NCBI GenBank assembly: GCA_051599415.1
Contig: AP039701.1
Location: 310,001-374,000, forward strand
From: Savitreella phatthalungensis
Lineage: Eukaryota
Length of the DNA stretch: 64,000 nt
Reading direction: 5' to 3'
The number at the start of each line of letters is the position of its first letter. Within the stretch, counting starts at the first letter, position 1. Shown piece after piece: positions 1 through 10,282 of this stretch. The position numbers were made by a program, and so were the translations under genes. The notes under the pieces are model-generated. The model saw only the letters and a program-made list of their open reading frames with translations, searched no databases and was not told the origin of the DNA.

Positions 1-1241
1 TCATCCATGTCAATCGCGCCAGCGACCATGACCGACGGCACGCGCTGTGGGGATAACTCACATGCATCGACCGCGCTGTTGCTCGCTGGCACGACCGCGG
101 CGATGCCAGCTGATGTCAGCGTTTCGAACGCGTGGTCGAGTGCTGGGTTGCGAGCACTTGAGGCGGTGAAGAGTAGTAATCTCGCAACGTCCTTGTTCGC
201 TCCAGCTTGACCTATGAACGTCAGGCGATCACAGAGACTCATGACTTGCTGAAATCCGTGCTCGGCATCCACGGTACCCTGCTGCGCGCCTGGCTCGAAG
301 ATTCGCAAGGCTCTCAAGTAAGTGTTGCCGATGCCAAACTGCGGGCTGACCACGACTCCTGCTACCTGCGTGCCGTGGCCATGCCAGTCGGAGTTGTCCA
401 TCCAGGGCGATAGGAGCGGCAGGTCACCATCACATGCGACGATTGGGTTTGGCGTGCCGGCGGAGGTGAAGGCTCGGTGGTTGCACGATACTCCGGTGTC
501 TGCAAGGATGACTTCAGATGCAGGCGCCGTCGTCCAGCTTGCGCGTACGTACGGGAAGACCGGTACGGGCACACCTGTTGTCGGAGTGTCACCTGTGCTC
601 GACGCCTTGGCTAGCGAAAGAGCCCGGTCACGACGATAGACTCGAGATTGGTGCCAGTATCCCCATCCGGTCAGTGGCATTCGCGGACCATACGGCTGTA
701 TACGGCGCAAGGCTGCAGCAGCGGGCCTCTGGTGCAGAGCACGCTGAGTTCGACCTGAGTCGCTGGCCGGAGCTTTGCCTGTCGTTGCTTGACGAGACTG
801 TGACGAAGCATCCTGGGCCGAAGCATGCTTGTCTGGACGCTGGTGGAAGGCGGGACTCTGCTCGGCTTGTCTGCTGGTCGAAGCGTATTCATCCGTCGAG
901 GCAGGGCTTGGAATCGGTGTTGTCTCGCCTGCAGCAAGATGTAGACGCGTGTGTCCGGCTACTGAGACTCCTCGAATCATAGCCATTGACTGCACAAATG
1001 AGGGAGGTGTATGAGAGGCAAGAATGATGCTGTTCAGGGCTTTCAGATGACTGAAAACACTACCGCCATCGTGATGGTTTCGTAGGTGAAGGTGCCACTG
1101 CGGATGAATCATTGCAGTAATGTCGACGCGAGCGCCAGTGTAGATGGTGTAGCCTGGCACTCGTTCTTCCGGTGCGTCTGCTTCATGAAGGCCCAATGCA
1201 ATAGCGCGGGCGAACAGAATGCTCAGGACCGAGGCAAACAT
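1..1241 (-). CDS. Secreted subtilisin-like serine protease (S8, proteinase K-like); 3' end lies outside the window
   Basis: Not in the ORF track because no stop falls within the window. Manual translation from ATG 1241 gives signal-like MFASVLSILFARAIA, then WHQSRV, catalytic Asp VILADTGVSCNH, His HGHGTQVAG and oxyanion region VPASNSAVDACELSP. The frame is open to position 1. Prodomain is similar to that of the gene at 23794. Confidence 0.9.
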   Translation of the reverse strand, partial: MFASVLSILFARAIALGLHEADAPEERVPGYTIYTGARVDITAMIHPQWHLHLRNHHDGGSVFSHLKALNSIILASHTPPSFVQSMAMIRGVSVAGHTRLHLAAGETTPIPSPASTDEYASTSRQAEQSPAFHQRPDKHASAQDASSQSRQATTGKAPASDSGRTQRALHQRPAAAALRRIQPYGPRMPLTGWGYWHQSRVYRRDRALSLAKASSTGDTPTTGVPVPVFPYVRASWTTAPASEVILADTGVSCNHRAFTSAGTPNPIVACDGDLPLLSPWMDNSDWHGHGTQVAGVVVSPQFGIGNTYLRALRIFEPGAQQGTVDAEHGFQQVMSLCDRLTFIGQAGANKDVARLLLFTASSARNPALDHAFETLTSAGIAAVVPASNSAVDACELSPQRVPSVMVAGAIDMD

Positions 1242-1431
1242 GGCCGGGAGTATGGCAAAGCACCCCAAGTACTGATATGGGCGATCCTATCATCTATACC
1301 GATGAAGGCGATCAGGAACAGGTACTATCAATGGGGTCGTGTCATCGAGCATGAGTTGGTCATGCGGAAGGGCAAACGAGATTAGCACAGGTCATGACGT
1401 GCTGCTAGTTCCGATGAATGGATTGTGCCAT

Positions 1432-1498
1432 CGGAAGAGCTTGTGCTCTGATCCTTGCTAGGACGGAAGAGCTTGTGCTCTGATCCTGGCTAGGACGG
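1432..1498. repeat. Tandem duplication of a 32-bp unit (CGGAAGAGCTTGTGCTCTGATCCTKGCTAGGA x2)
   Basis: Two adjacent copies with one mismatch, about 190 bp upstream of the subtilase start. Confidence 0.9.
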
Positions 1499-4400
1499 CT
1501 GAGAGATAGGGTCACAAATTGGTGACCTGATCCATCGCACTGTGCAACAAGTCCATGTCCGGTCAGAAAACGAAGCAAGATCACAGGTATGCGTCAGATC
1601 AACCTCGCTTGCAAGAGTCCTCGAATATAGAGTGTCAAGCGGTCATGAGAAGTTCATCCTGTGTCGGTCGAGACGCAGCACGGACCGATTACATGCGGCT
1701 GACGCTCATGAGCACATTCATCGGGAGGACCATGCTCGAGCATGACATCCTGAGCGATCGAACTCAACCATGATTCATGTAAGCTCGAGTGATGAAGGAA
1801 TTCTGGACACAGGGTGTTGAATTGTGTTGGAAGCAACCTCGTTGACCTTGGTTGGCGTCGAAGTGGGTCGACGGGAGGTGGCGGAGACGATCGGTGGTCA
1901 CAGTTGATTTACATTGAAGATCGGTGGATTACGTGATTGTGATTACCTCGTGCAGGGATCATCGTGTTGATCGATTTGAGTTGATGATACTGTAGACATG
2001 GGAATGTCAGAGCTGCTAGTTCAATCCTTGGCATGCATGAATCTATCTATCCGGAACACAGCATGCATCATGATGCATCGTTGTCGCCACGCACAACAAT
2101 GTTTCGTCTACCGTTTCATCTTGAGAGCTTGCATAGAGTCAAGCCGAGGCTTTCACCTGGGACTTCAACATGGCTTCAATAGAGTAGCACTCATCTGTAA
2201 AAGATGGAAACACGATAGGATCACTGATTCGTAGTTACTTGTCTAAACTCGCGCTCGCTTGTTGAAGCAGATAATGAGTGTATATATGAGAGATAGGTCG
2301 TTCAGCAGGGAAAGGAATGGTTCGAGATTTCTGCTGATGTGGTATATTAATCCTTGCATTCGCGCCGCGGCTTCTATCCGATCGTGGCTGGATTTGGTCC
2401 GCACAGCCCTGAGATTGCGGCTCAACCATTACCTCGCTCTCAAGATGTCTTCTGAATCACGCCTTGGTCAATTCGGCAATTTAAAAGGTAGATTGCAATG
2501 GTACACGGTGATCAGACCGAAGCGGTCAAACAGAATATGACAGAACATTTGCACTTCTGAGGCTCAAAACATATTCTACGCCTGTCGTGGGAGTCCTGGA
2601 TCTGATCTACATAATGCTTCCTTTCCTTTTCTCATGAGTGGAAGCAATAATACGAGGATCCGATACAAATTTGTGAGATGGGGGAAGCTGAAGCTGCTGC
2701 CTAGTGAGGGAAATTTGAATCTGCCCCACCTCTGATGACAGCTGAGACCCGGCCGGAGTATCGTTCTAGGCTTCATTTGATACGGCTTCCAGCCAATGAT
2801 GATCGATCGCATGGCTCAGTCCTCTATATGACCGGTGAAAGCTTGTAATGATAATAATAGCTCTCGCATTTCTTCACCCGTCCCTCTTGCCTATTTCTAA
2901 TTCCCGATTCCTCTTTCCTTCTTCTTCTCTAGCCTCTTGAGATTTATTTCTTGACATCCTCGTGGTTGGAAGCCAAACCGATCGATTCATGCGCTATATC
3001 ATTTTCCACTCTCGAGCCTGAAGTCTGTTCCAGGGAGCTATTCTCACATACTGCAAGCAGAGAGACACGCGTGCGTTAGATTCGCAAAAGGTTTCCCGAT
3101 TCCATCTCCATGCGATCTATGCCTTTGCCGCTCATCGCAAAGGGGTTCCCCTCTCGAGGGTATCGCCGCTTTCGCTAGCTGCCTCGTGGCCTGTTGTATT
3201 GATCTCACGCCGACGGCCTGGAACCATCTGATCCTGTCATGCATGTGATGTACAAGCTCGTCGATGCGATCGGATTGTCTTGCTTCGCGACCTTTAAGCC
3301 GATTCCTTTCCTCTTTGTCGTGGTTGGAAGTCGGGATGGCACACTCGATGAGGTAATGTGTGAAGGCGACTAAGGCCTCTTGTCTTTCTTTCGACGCTGT
3401 CCAGCTCCTACCGACAGAATGGAAGCCGATGACCGCTTCTTCCGATAAAGCGACTGCGGTCGGATCATGTGAAGGGCGGCATTCCTGGATTAGATTAAAT
3501 GGTCATCAGAATTTTAATTTGTTTGCGGTCGGTCGGCACCATACCCGGGGTTTGTCACTTCTTCCGGTAGATCCTTGCCTGTTCATTCTCGTGCACCTAA
3601 TCACCTCGTCAAGCCTTCCCGAATCTTGCCCGTGTGCTCACAACTTGAATTCCAATTAGCATTCGGTTCAGCGTGACGCCATTCATCGTGGCTTTCGTCT
3701 TCCACTGGTAGCAGATTTGGATCGTATGATGAAACAGATGGGCTATTAACTCCGATTGGCTACTCTGCAGTCCATCACACGTTCTCAATTGTCTTCCTTT
3801 TTTACATGGACGAGCTGGAACTGAATTACACTGCGAGAGAGATTCACTGAGTTCTTCTTGTCAATGGAACACCGCCGTAACTCAACTGAATTATTCAGAC
3901 CTAGCACAAGTTACAAGCCCCAATTAATACTTCAGCAAGAATTCTCCAATATCGTCGATCTTCATGCTAGAATGACCTCTGTGGCTTGCGCGAATGCTTG
4001 AGCAAACTCCTGAGGGAACTCTGACCTTGGACAAAATTCAAAATGAATCAGAACTACGAAAAGCGCACAACCTTAAGGATCTGATGATACCCGGAATAGA
4101 ATCAGGGTCGAATCAAATTCCACTTCATACGTTGTGCCTCCCTCTGCAGAACAAAAGGTGGGATTTCCAACGGAGTATCACTTTCGAGCCAAAACAGAAC
4201 CACTAGCTGTGTTTGTCGGATATTGACCTATTGTTCATCCGCCCCGCCGTAATTAATAACTCCTCGCCTGCATGGCTCTTCCGAGTAATTGAGGCACACG
4301 ATAGATCCCAGATCTCCTCTCTTTTCTTTGTCCCTCCCTCTCTGAAGCTAAAGTCAGTGCTACCGCTAATCCTGCTAATCATGTTGATCCTGCTCCGGGT

Positions 4401-5363
4401 AGTTCTACCCACCTCTCATTTCACTGCTTCAGGATTCATCTACCATCTGCCGTCCAATTCCCATCCGAGCACCAGTCACTCGGTTCCACTCTACACAGAT
4501 TGAAGAATCATAGAATAGCCTAGGACGGCTTTTGTATGATAGGCATTTATACTCCCTGATCTGATTTGCCTTCTGCCTCTTCTTAAGATCTACTCCTGCT
4601 TGGGAAAGTCAGCATCTCTTTCTAGCTGGGTAGAGGCAGGATCGGTCGATACCCACGCATTTCTGCCATGCTCATATACGTATAGGCAGTAAGATTGAAT
4701 GAATCAGTAGCTTGGGTCAGTTGCTCAGTCATTCGCTCACTCACTCTCACTGTCTGAGTATCATTCCGGTCGATCGAGCAGTGATTGTCTACAGCTAAGT
4801 AGGTGAGGCGAGGTGGGTCCATGGGTCAGCACATGCTCAACGCCAGCTCGCCAATCTAGCGACTTGACGATCGAGTGGCATCACTTGGTCAACTTCAAGA
4901 CGTGTCTAGTAGGTCACGACCAGTCTGCTTTCGCTAGTCAGAGCGCCAAGTTCCTGTGGTACTCATCACTCGATCAGCCAAGAGCAGTCGACGTTTTCCC
5001 ACAGAGGGATCAAGAACGACAGCACGTCACCATACGCAACAAGAATTCTCCGAGTGTATCAACCACACTTATCGCTCATTCCTTTGACCAGCAATCTCAT
5101 CAACTTGAAACACAGCGTTTCAAACACGGACAGCATCATCGTCGTGTCCCAGTATACGCTGACTTGCTAGCTTGCCGACTCTAGCGTCTCGTCTCTTTCG
5201 TGTCAAGACTATTAAATCCTTGAGCTTGCTCAAGCTATCCCACGGAACCGAATCAACCGCGAAAGGACGTCTACCTCACCTTCCAGACACGTGTATCTCA
5301 TCCCATATCCCGCAGCAGCATCGACAAGCATGATACGGTAATATATTGCTGGAATTCGTCAGC

Positions 5364-7346
5364 ATGACATCTTACAGCTTCATTGCTGCTGATCGGACAC
5401 GATGTCCTCCTTCGCAGCGTAGTAGCAATACCGATCACAGGCAGGACCACGAACGCATCTTCAAGCAGGAGCAAACGACAAGTGACGGCACGCAAACAAT
5501 CCGTGATCACGACGATGTGAATGCCAGAAGGTCGATCTCGTCATCAACATCCCCATCGGTCGCATTCGATCTCATCATCAGACAACAGCCCGATCGAGCA
5601 CGTGTCTGTTCGTCGCGCGGCAGGGACAGGCGCAATGTCGACCCGCCGCCCATCATTCAACTCAGGATCAGTCAGCTCGGTCGACGGCGGAGCGTGCATG
5701 CATCCTCCGCCAAATCAGAATACCTTGGAGAAGATCCCGAGACGTCGAATTATCTACAAAATCCCTATCTTTTCATGTGCTGTGTTCTGGTCAATGCTCG
5801 AGACGAGCGACCATGCACAGTACCAGCCTCAGACTGTCTCTCAGGCACCATTGTGTCCTCATTGTTCCGCCTGAAGGATCCTGATTCACCTGGCGGCGCT
5901 GGTAATGGTGGCTTTTTCATTTTTGCTGACATCTCAATGCGCCTTGAAGGCGTCTTCCGCCTCAAGTTCAGCTTGTTCGAGGCAGGTGCGATCGCAGGCG
6001 GTCCAGAAGCCTCTGCAGGTTCCCCTTCGCTCATTGCAGGTGGCGAAGGAGGTAGAGAGGTTTCGCATATCGCCAGTGTCGTCTCGCAGCCATTCCAGGT
6101 CTATTCTGCAAAGACGTTCCCTGGCATGTCCCATTCGACTTTGCTGTCGCGGTCGTTCTCCGATCAAGGTGTCCGTATCAGGATCCGCAAGGAAGCCGGT
6201 GCGAAAGGTGCTGGCGGTAACGGCGGTTCCAGTCTTGGCCGAACGAGAAGTCGCGACGATTCACGATCAGACTCAGACGATGATGAGGATGGCAGACCTG
6301 TGCAAAAGGTCGCACGATCTTACATGCCGCCGATCGCACATCATGCACGCCCGCAACCGCTTGCATTGACCGACAGCGCGTGGCATCCGCACTCTTCGTT
6401 GGCGTCTCAGGAGATGCGGTCTCCAATGTCTGGAACATTTGCAAGTCCGTCGCACGGCCCGTTATCGGCCTCGTCGTCCTCAACATCCGGAGGACACCAT
6501 CATCAGTATCACTCCTACCACTCCCGGCCGACCGCACCAGGTATGCCTTCCCCGCTGAGGTCTTCCCACTCCGATGGCCCAGTGTCATCCTCGTACGCAG
6601 GAGACTTGTCGGGTTACTCACTCGGCGGAGGCAGTAGCAGCTTTGCCCGAAGAGAGAGTGTGGATTCCGGCAGGACTTCGCTTCCGGGCATAAGCTCCAT
6701 GAACGCTCCGTGGACACCGTCCACCCCCAACTATCCTTACGCCTCGCCTCACAACGCGCAATTAAGCAGCAGCCTTAATCAACCGCCGTCTACAGGTCTC
6801 GCTTCGGCTCCACGTCATCCTCTGCCCGGTCATGTATCTCGAGAATCGTCCACCGGCACCAACTCCGGCTCATCGTCCGGTCCAGCTGGTGGTCCTAATT
6901 CAACTTCGAGCGCATCGCGCGATCGAGACTTGTACCACCCAATGCCTCCACCTCCTGGTGCTGGGTCAAGTTTTCCATCCCGCCCGCCTCCACCCCACCA
7001 CGCATTCCCCCCACCACCACCTGCACCCCATCAGCAGGCATCTTACCGCCAGCCTCCGCAGCGTGAAGCGGAAACTTACTCAAATCGATACCCTCAAGAT
7101 CGATCATCTTCAGGACTTCCACCGATCATGCCAAACCACCCGGATGGTCCAGGCAGAGTATCCTACCCTTCCTTGGTAGATCGATCACCTACACAATCTC
7201 AAAGCCCCGCAATCTCGTACTACCCACAACAGCAGCAACAGCAACAGCAGCAACAGCGGCGTAGTGGTCAGGACGGCGAGCGGGATTCAAGTGGTGGTAA
7301 TGGTGATGGTAGACCTCGACTACCAGGTGTAGCTTCCTTATTGTGA
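5364..7346 (+). CDS. Velvet-domain transcriptional regulator (VosA/VelC-like)
   Basis: Velvet motifs LIIRQQPDRAR..DRRNVDPPPIIQL, YLQNPYLFM, GFFIFADISMRLEGVFRLKFSLFE and SQPFQVYSAKTFPGMSHSTLLSRSFSDQGVRIRIRKE, followed by a long S/P/Q-rich tail. First ATG is at 5364. Confidence 0.93.
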   Translation: MTSYSFIAADRTRCPPSQRSSNTDHRQDHERIFKQEQTTSDGTQTIRDHDDVNARRSISSSTSPSVAFDLIIRQQPDRARVCSSRGRDRRNVDPPPIIQLRISQLGRRRSVHASSAKSEYLGEDPETSNYLQNPYLFMCCVLVNARDERPCTVPASDCLSGTIVSSLFRLKDPDSPGGAGNGGFFIFADISMRLEGVFRLKFSLFEAGAIAGGPEASAGSPSLIAGGEGGREVSHIASVVSQPFQVYSAKTFPGMSHSTLLSRSFSDQGVRIRIRKEAGAKGAGGNGGSSLGRTRSRDDSRSDSDDDEDGRPVQKVARSYMPPIAHHARPQPLALTDSAWHPHSSLASQEMRSPMSGTFASPSHGPLSASSSSTSGGHHHQYHSYHSRPTAPGMPSPLRSSHSDGPVSSSYAGDLSGYSLGGGSSSFARRESVDSGRTSLPGISSMNAPWTPSTPNYPYASPHNAQLSSSLNQPPSTGLASAPRHPLPGHVSRESSTGTNSGSSSGPAGGPNSTSSASRDRDLYHPMPPPPGAGSSFPSRPPPPHHAFPPPPPAPHQQASYRQPPQREAETYSNRYPQDRSSSGLPPIMPNHPDGPGRVSYPSLVDRSPTQSQSPAISYYPQQQQQQQQQQRRSGQDGERDSSGGNGDGRPRLPGVASLL

Positions 7347-7445
7347 CAACAACAACATACAACTTGATAAATGATGAATTGGGCTAGAATCTACTAGTGT
7401 ATAAAGATGATTTTTATATTTTAGGAGGATTCGGACCCGACTTGG

Positions 7446-9643
7446 TTACTTTGGAGTGAGATCGCTAGAGGAGTCAGTGGTGGCGAGGTTGGACGATTGA
7501 GCTTGCCTGACTGCTAGGAGTCGACGTTTTTCAAGCCACCTGTGTTCCGGGACTACGAGCCAAGAGATGAATCCAAAGATTGTGATTGCACCGAGGATGA
7601 TACCGGCGTAGTTGAGCGTCTGCGCGGTGACAGGGAAGACGTAAGGGGAAACGAGGACAGCGACAGCGAACCAGTTGAAGGGAATCGACAGGAAGATGAG
7701 AGGACGTGATAGGAAACCGAGTCTCCAGGCGCCGTCAGTGAACTCGCCAGGGGTGAGGAAGGCTCTGCCAAGGGCAACGACACCGTACGCGGCAAAGGTC
7801 GGCACACCCGCAGCCGAGACGAGAGAGGTGAAGGCGACGGCGGACGGGAGGATGGTGAGGAGGAGGAGGGAGGAGACTAGCCAGATGACGGTGATGGCGT
7901 TGCGCGGGTTGCCGTGGTGGTCGACGCGAGCGATCCAGTCTGAGAATGGGAGGACGCCGTCTCTGGCGACTGCGAAGACGAGGCGCGATGCTGCGACCGA
8001 GGCGACTGAGCAGTTCAGGACAAGGCCGACGATGCAGATGATGTTCATCAGGATGTGACCACCTTGGCCGAGCGCGAGCGCGTACACGTTCACGAACGGT
8101 TGTGGCGACACAAACGACAGGAACGTGTCGATGTCGGGCGCACAGAACAGGAACAGGATCACGATCGGGATACCCAGCACTGCAGACCAGAAGGCGGACC
8201 ACCAGAGACCACGTGCGGCGTTGCGCGACGCGTGTTTCGTCTCTTCTGCCACGTGACCTGACGCGTCGTACCCAACCAGAATACCGGCCGTCGACAGGAA
8301 CGACAGACACCAGTCCCAGCCGGTGGAGGCGCCCGTGCCGTTGTACTGCGTGAGGAATGCGTCGTGGGCGGATCTGAAGCCGTACGTCTTCGAGACCGCG
8401 ATCGGGAACCAGATGATGTTGAGGATGAAGTCAAGGAGAACGACAGCAGAGGCGACTCGGAACACGTACTTGTACGTCTTTGGCGGGAGGTACTGGATTC
8501 CCATGGCGACGGCCAGCAGGGCTTCTGCACAGATCCACTGGACAGCACGGAACTTGACGTCCGTTGTGTCGGTGGTAAAGGACAGGTCGAAGACGCTGAT
8601 CTCCGCAAGCATGTAGTTCGCAGCTGACTGAGAAACACTTGCAGTGAAGGTCGTCCATGCCGTCGTCGTCCACCACGCGACGATGAATCCAGTCAGACGA
8701 CCGTACCGCGGGCCAGCGGCTTCGGCAGCCCAGAAGTACAGGGATCCTGCTGCAGGCAGGGCAGAACAAATCTCAGCGAGCATGCCGGCGGTGATGAAGG
8801 TGAAGACACAGGTGACGAGGTAGGAAGTCCAGTAGGCGAGTGGACCGCCAGCGCCGATGCCGAGGAAGTAGGTAACACGGATGCCGCCGACAAAGTACAT
8901 GGCCGCAAAGGCAGCGCTGAAGTTGTCAATCAGCTGGAAGCTGCGGTGCAGGACGGGCTTGTAACCAAGACGTTGCTAGAAGGGAAACAGGTCAGCGCTC
9001 ATGGATTCTTTGAGAAGTGCAGTCGTACATCATCTGCACGACCACAAGTCATCGGTCCACTCTTCCGCCCAACCCATGAAAGCCTCGACTTGTCAAAAGA
9101 GAGAGGGGCAGACGCAGGCGGTAGGAGGAAGGGATGAAAGATGACTCAGACACAGGCTCGCTTTTTCTTCCGCAGGTGTGACCCTGTTCAAGTTCACGGG
9201 TATAATCTCAGCCTTTCACGGCGGATCGAGTGTCTCAAGAGCGGTCTTGCGCCGCAAGAACACCATCGGAGAGACACACTATCCGCCGTTTCCGACACCC
9301 CGAAAACAAGCCTTGTGTGTACATGCAGGATGTACGTGATGGACGATGAGAGTGGAGGTAACTTTTTTTTTGGAGAGAGGAAGAGAAGATGCAAGCCTTA
9401 CCACGGTAGTCCTCACCTTCGATCTCTTCATCCTCCCGTGGAGATGATGAAAGAGGAGGGATTGGACTACCGGAACACGTGAGTGTGTGTGTCTGATGAT
9501 TTTGAGGTCCGTGAGCAAAGGGGAACACATACAAGTTGCTGTTCATCAGAATTGAATGAGGTGCGTGGTGTCGAGAGTGGGTCAATGACCTCCTGATCGT
9601 GCGTATGCGCGCCAGTCTGCTTGGTGGAGCGCATCGTAGCCAT
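7446..9643 (-). CDS. APC/ACT-family permease, putative Thi9-like thiamine transporter; exons 9643-9533 and 8975-7446 (about 546 aa)
   Basis: Multi-TM APC permease (LAEICSALPAAGSLYFW, GYDASGHVAEET, SRLVFAVARDG). Splicing GTATGT (9532) to TTCTAG (8976), with branch GCTGAC, joins ...SDEQQL|QRLGYKPVLHRSF in frame. Thiamine specificity is inferred from the intronic TPP aptamer. Confidence 0.9.
9150..9320 (-). promoter_or_regulatory. TPP (THI-box) riboswitch aptamer in the permease intron
   Basis: Minus strand reads AGGCTTGTTTTC-GGGGTGTC...GGCTGAGATTATACCCGTGAACTTGAACAGGGTCACACCTGCGGAAGAAAAAGCGAGCCT. It contains the UGAGA motif, P2 GGGTG/TACCC, long P3 (ACGGCGGAT/ATCCGCCGT, GTGTCTC/GAGACAC), P5 CAGG/CCTG and an extended P1. 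Confidence 0.92.
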
Positions 9644-10237
9644 CACTATCAAGACACTCGTTCAGGAATAACGACTCTCGTTGCAGGTGTTTTAGGAGGA
9701 GTTTGTTGAATGTAGCGCTGGTGCGCTGGGAGAGTCGACGAGTGAGTAGTGATTCACTGACTGGATGGTTGAGGATAGGTACTGAGTATGTGGATGTAGG
9801 AGGTGGATGTGGATGTGGGTGTCTGTGTTGGTAGGAGAGTGGAGGATATGGTTGGGAAGAATGTTTAGTGACGGTTCATAGTCCCCAAGGGTGATTGGTG
9901 ATTCACATATGTGCATGGGAGAGTGATATATTTGATAAGACTGACAGAAAATTTTTCTTCTTCTCTTCTTTCTGCAAGTGTTCAGCTGCAGACCGTCAAC
10001 TGATTTAATCTGACAGGATTTGACACTTATTTCCGATCTAGGCTGAAGATTAGAGTTGCGGTGAAGACTATAAAACTCAACATTGGTACACGTGCAAATA
10101 GTCAAGGCATTGCATGAACCATGCAGTAGTCCAGGTGAATGCTTGCACCATTGACTCCAGCTTTCTCTTCCTGCTTTCCAGTCGTTATGATCTTCTATAC
10201 ATTGTGCTGGAGTACGCTAAGTTCCTACTTTTGGGAG

Positions 10238-10282
10238 CTCGATGATCAGAACAGGATCTCGATGATCAGAACAGGATCTCGA
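10238..10282. repeat. 20-bp tandem duplication (GATGATCAGAACAGGATCTC x2) spanning the MCM10 stop codon
   Basis: Exact copies at 10241-10260 and 10261-10280. Confidence 0.9.

Noticed and set aside
7..1014. Several plus-strand ORFs of 60-154 aa
   Set aside because: Antisense shadows of the minus-strand subtilase.
7446..8900. ORF-track start of the permease at 8900
   Set aside because: It truncates TM1; a spliced upstream exon restores the typical RLGYK N-terminus.
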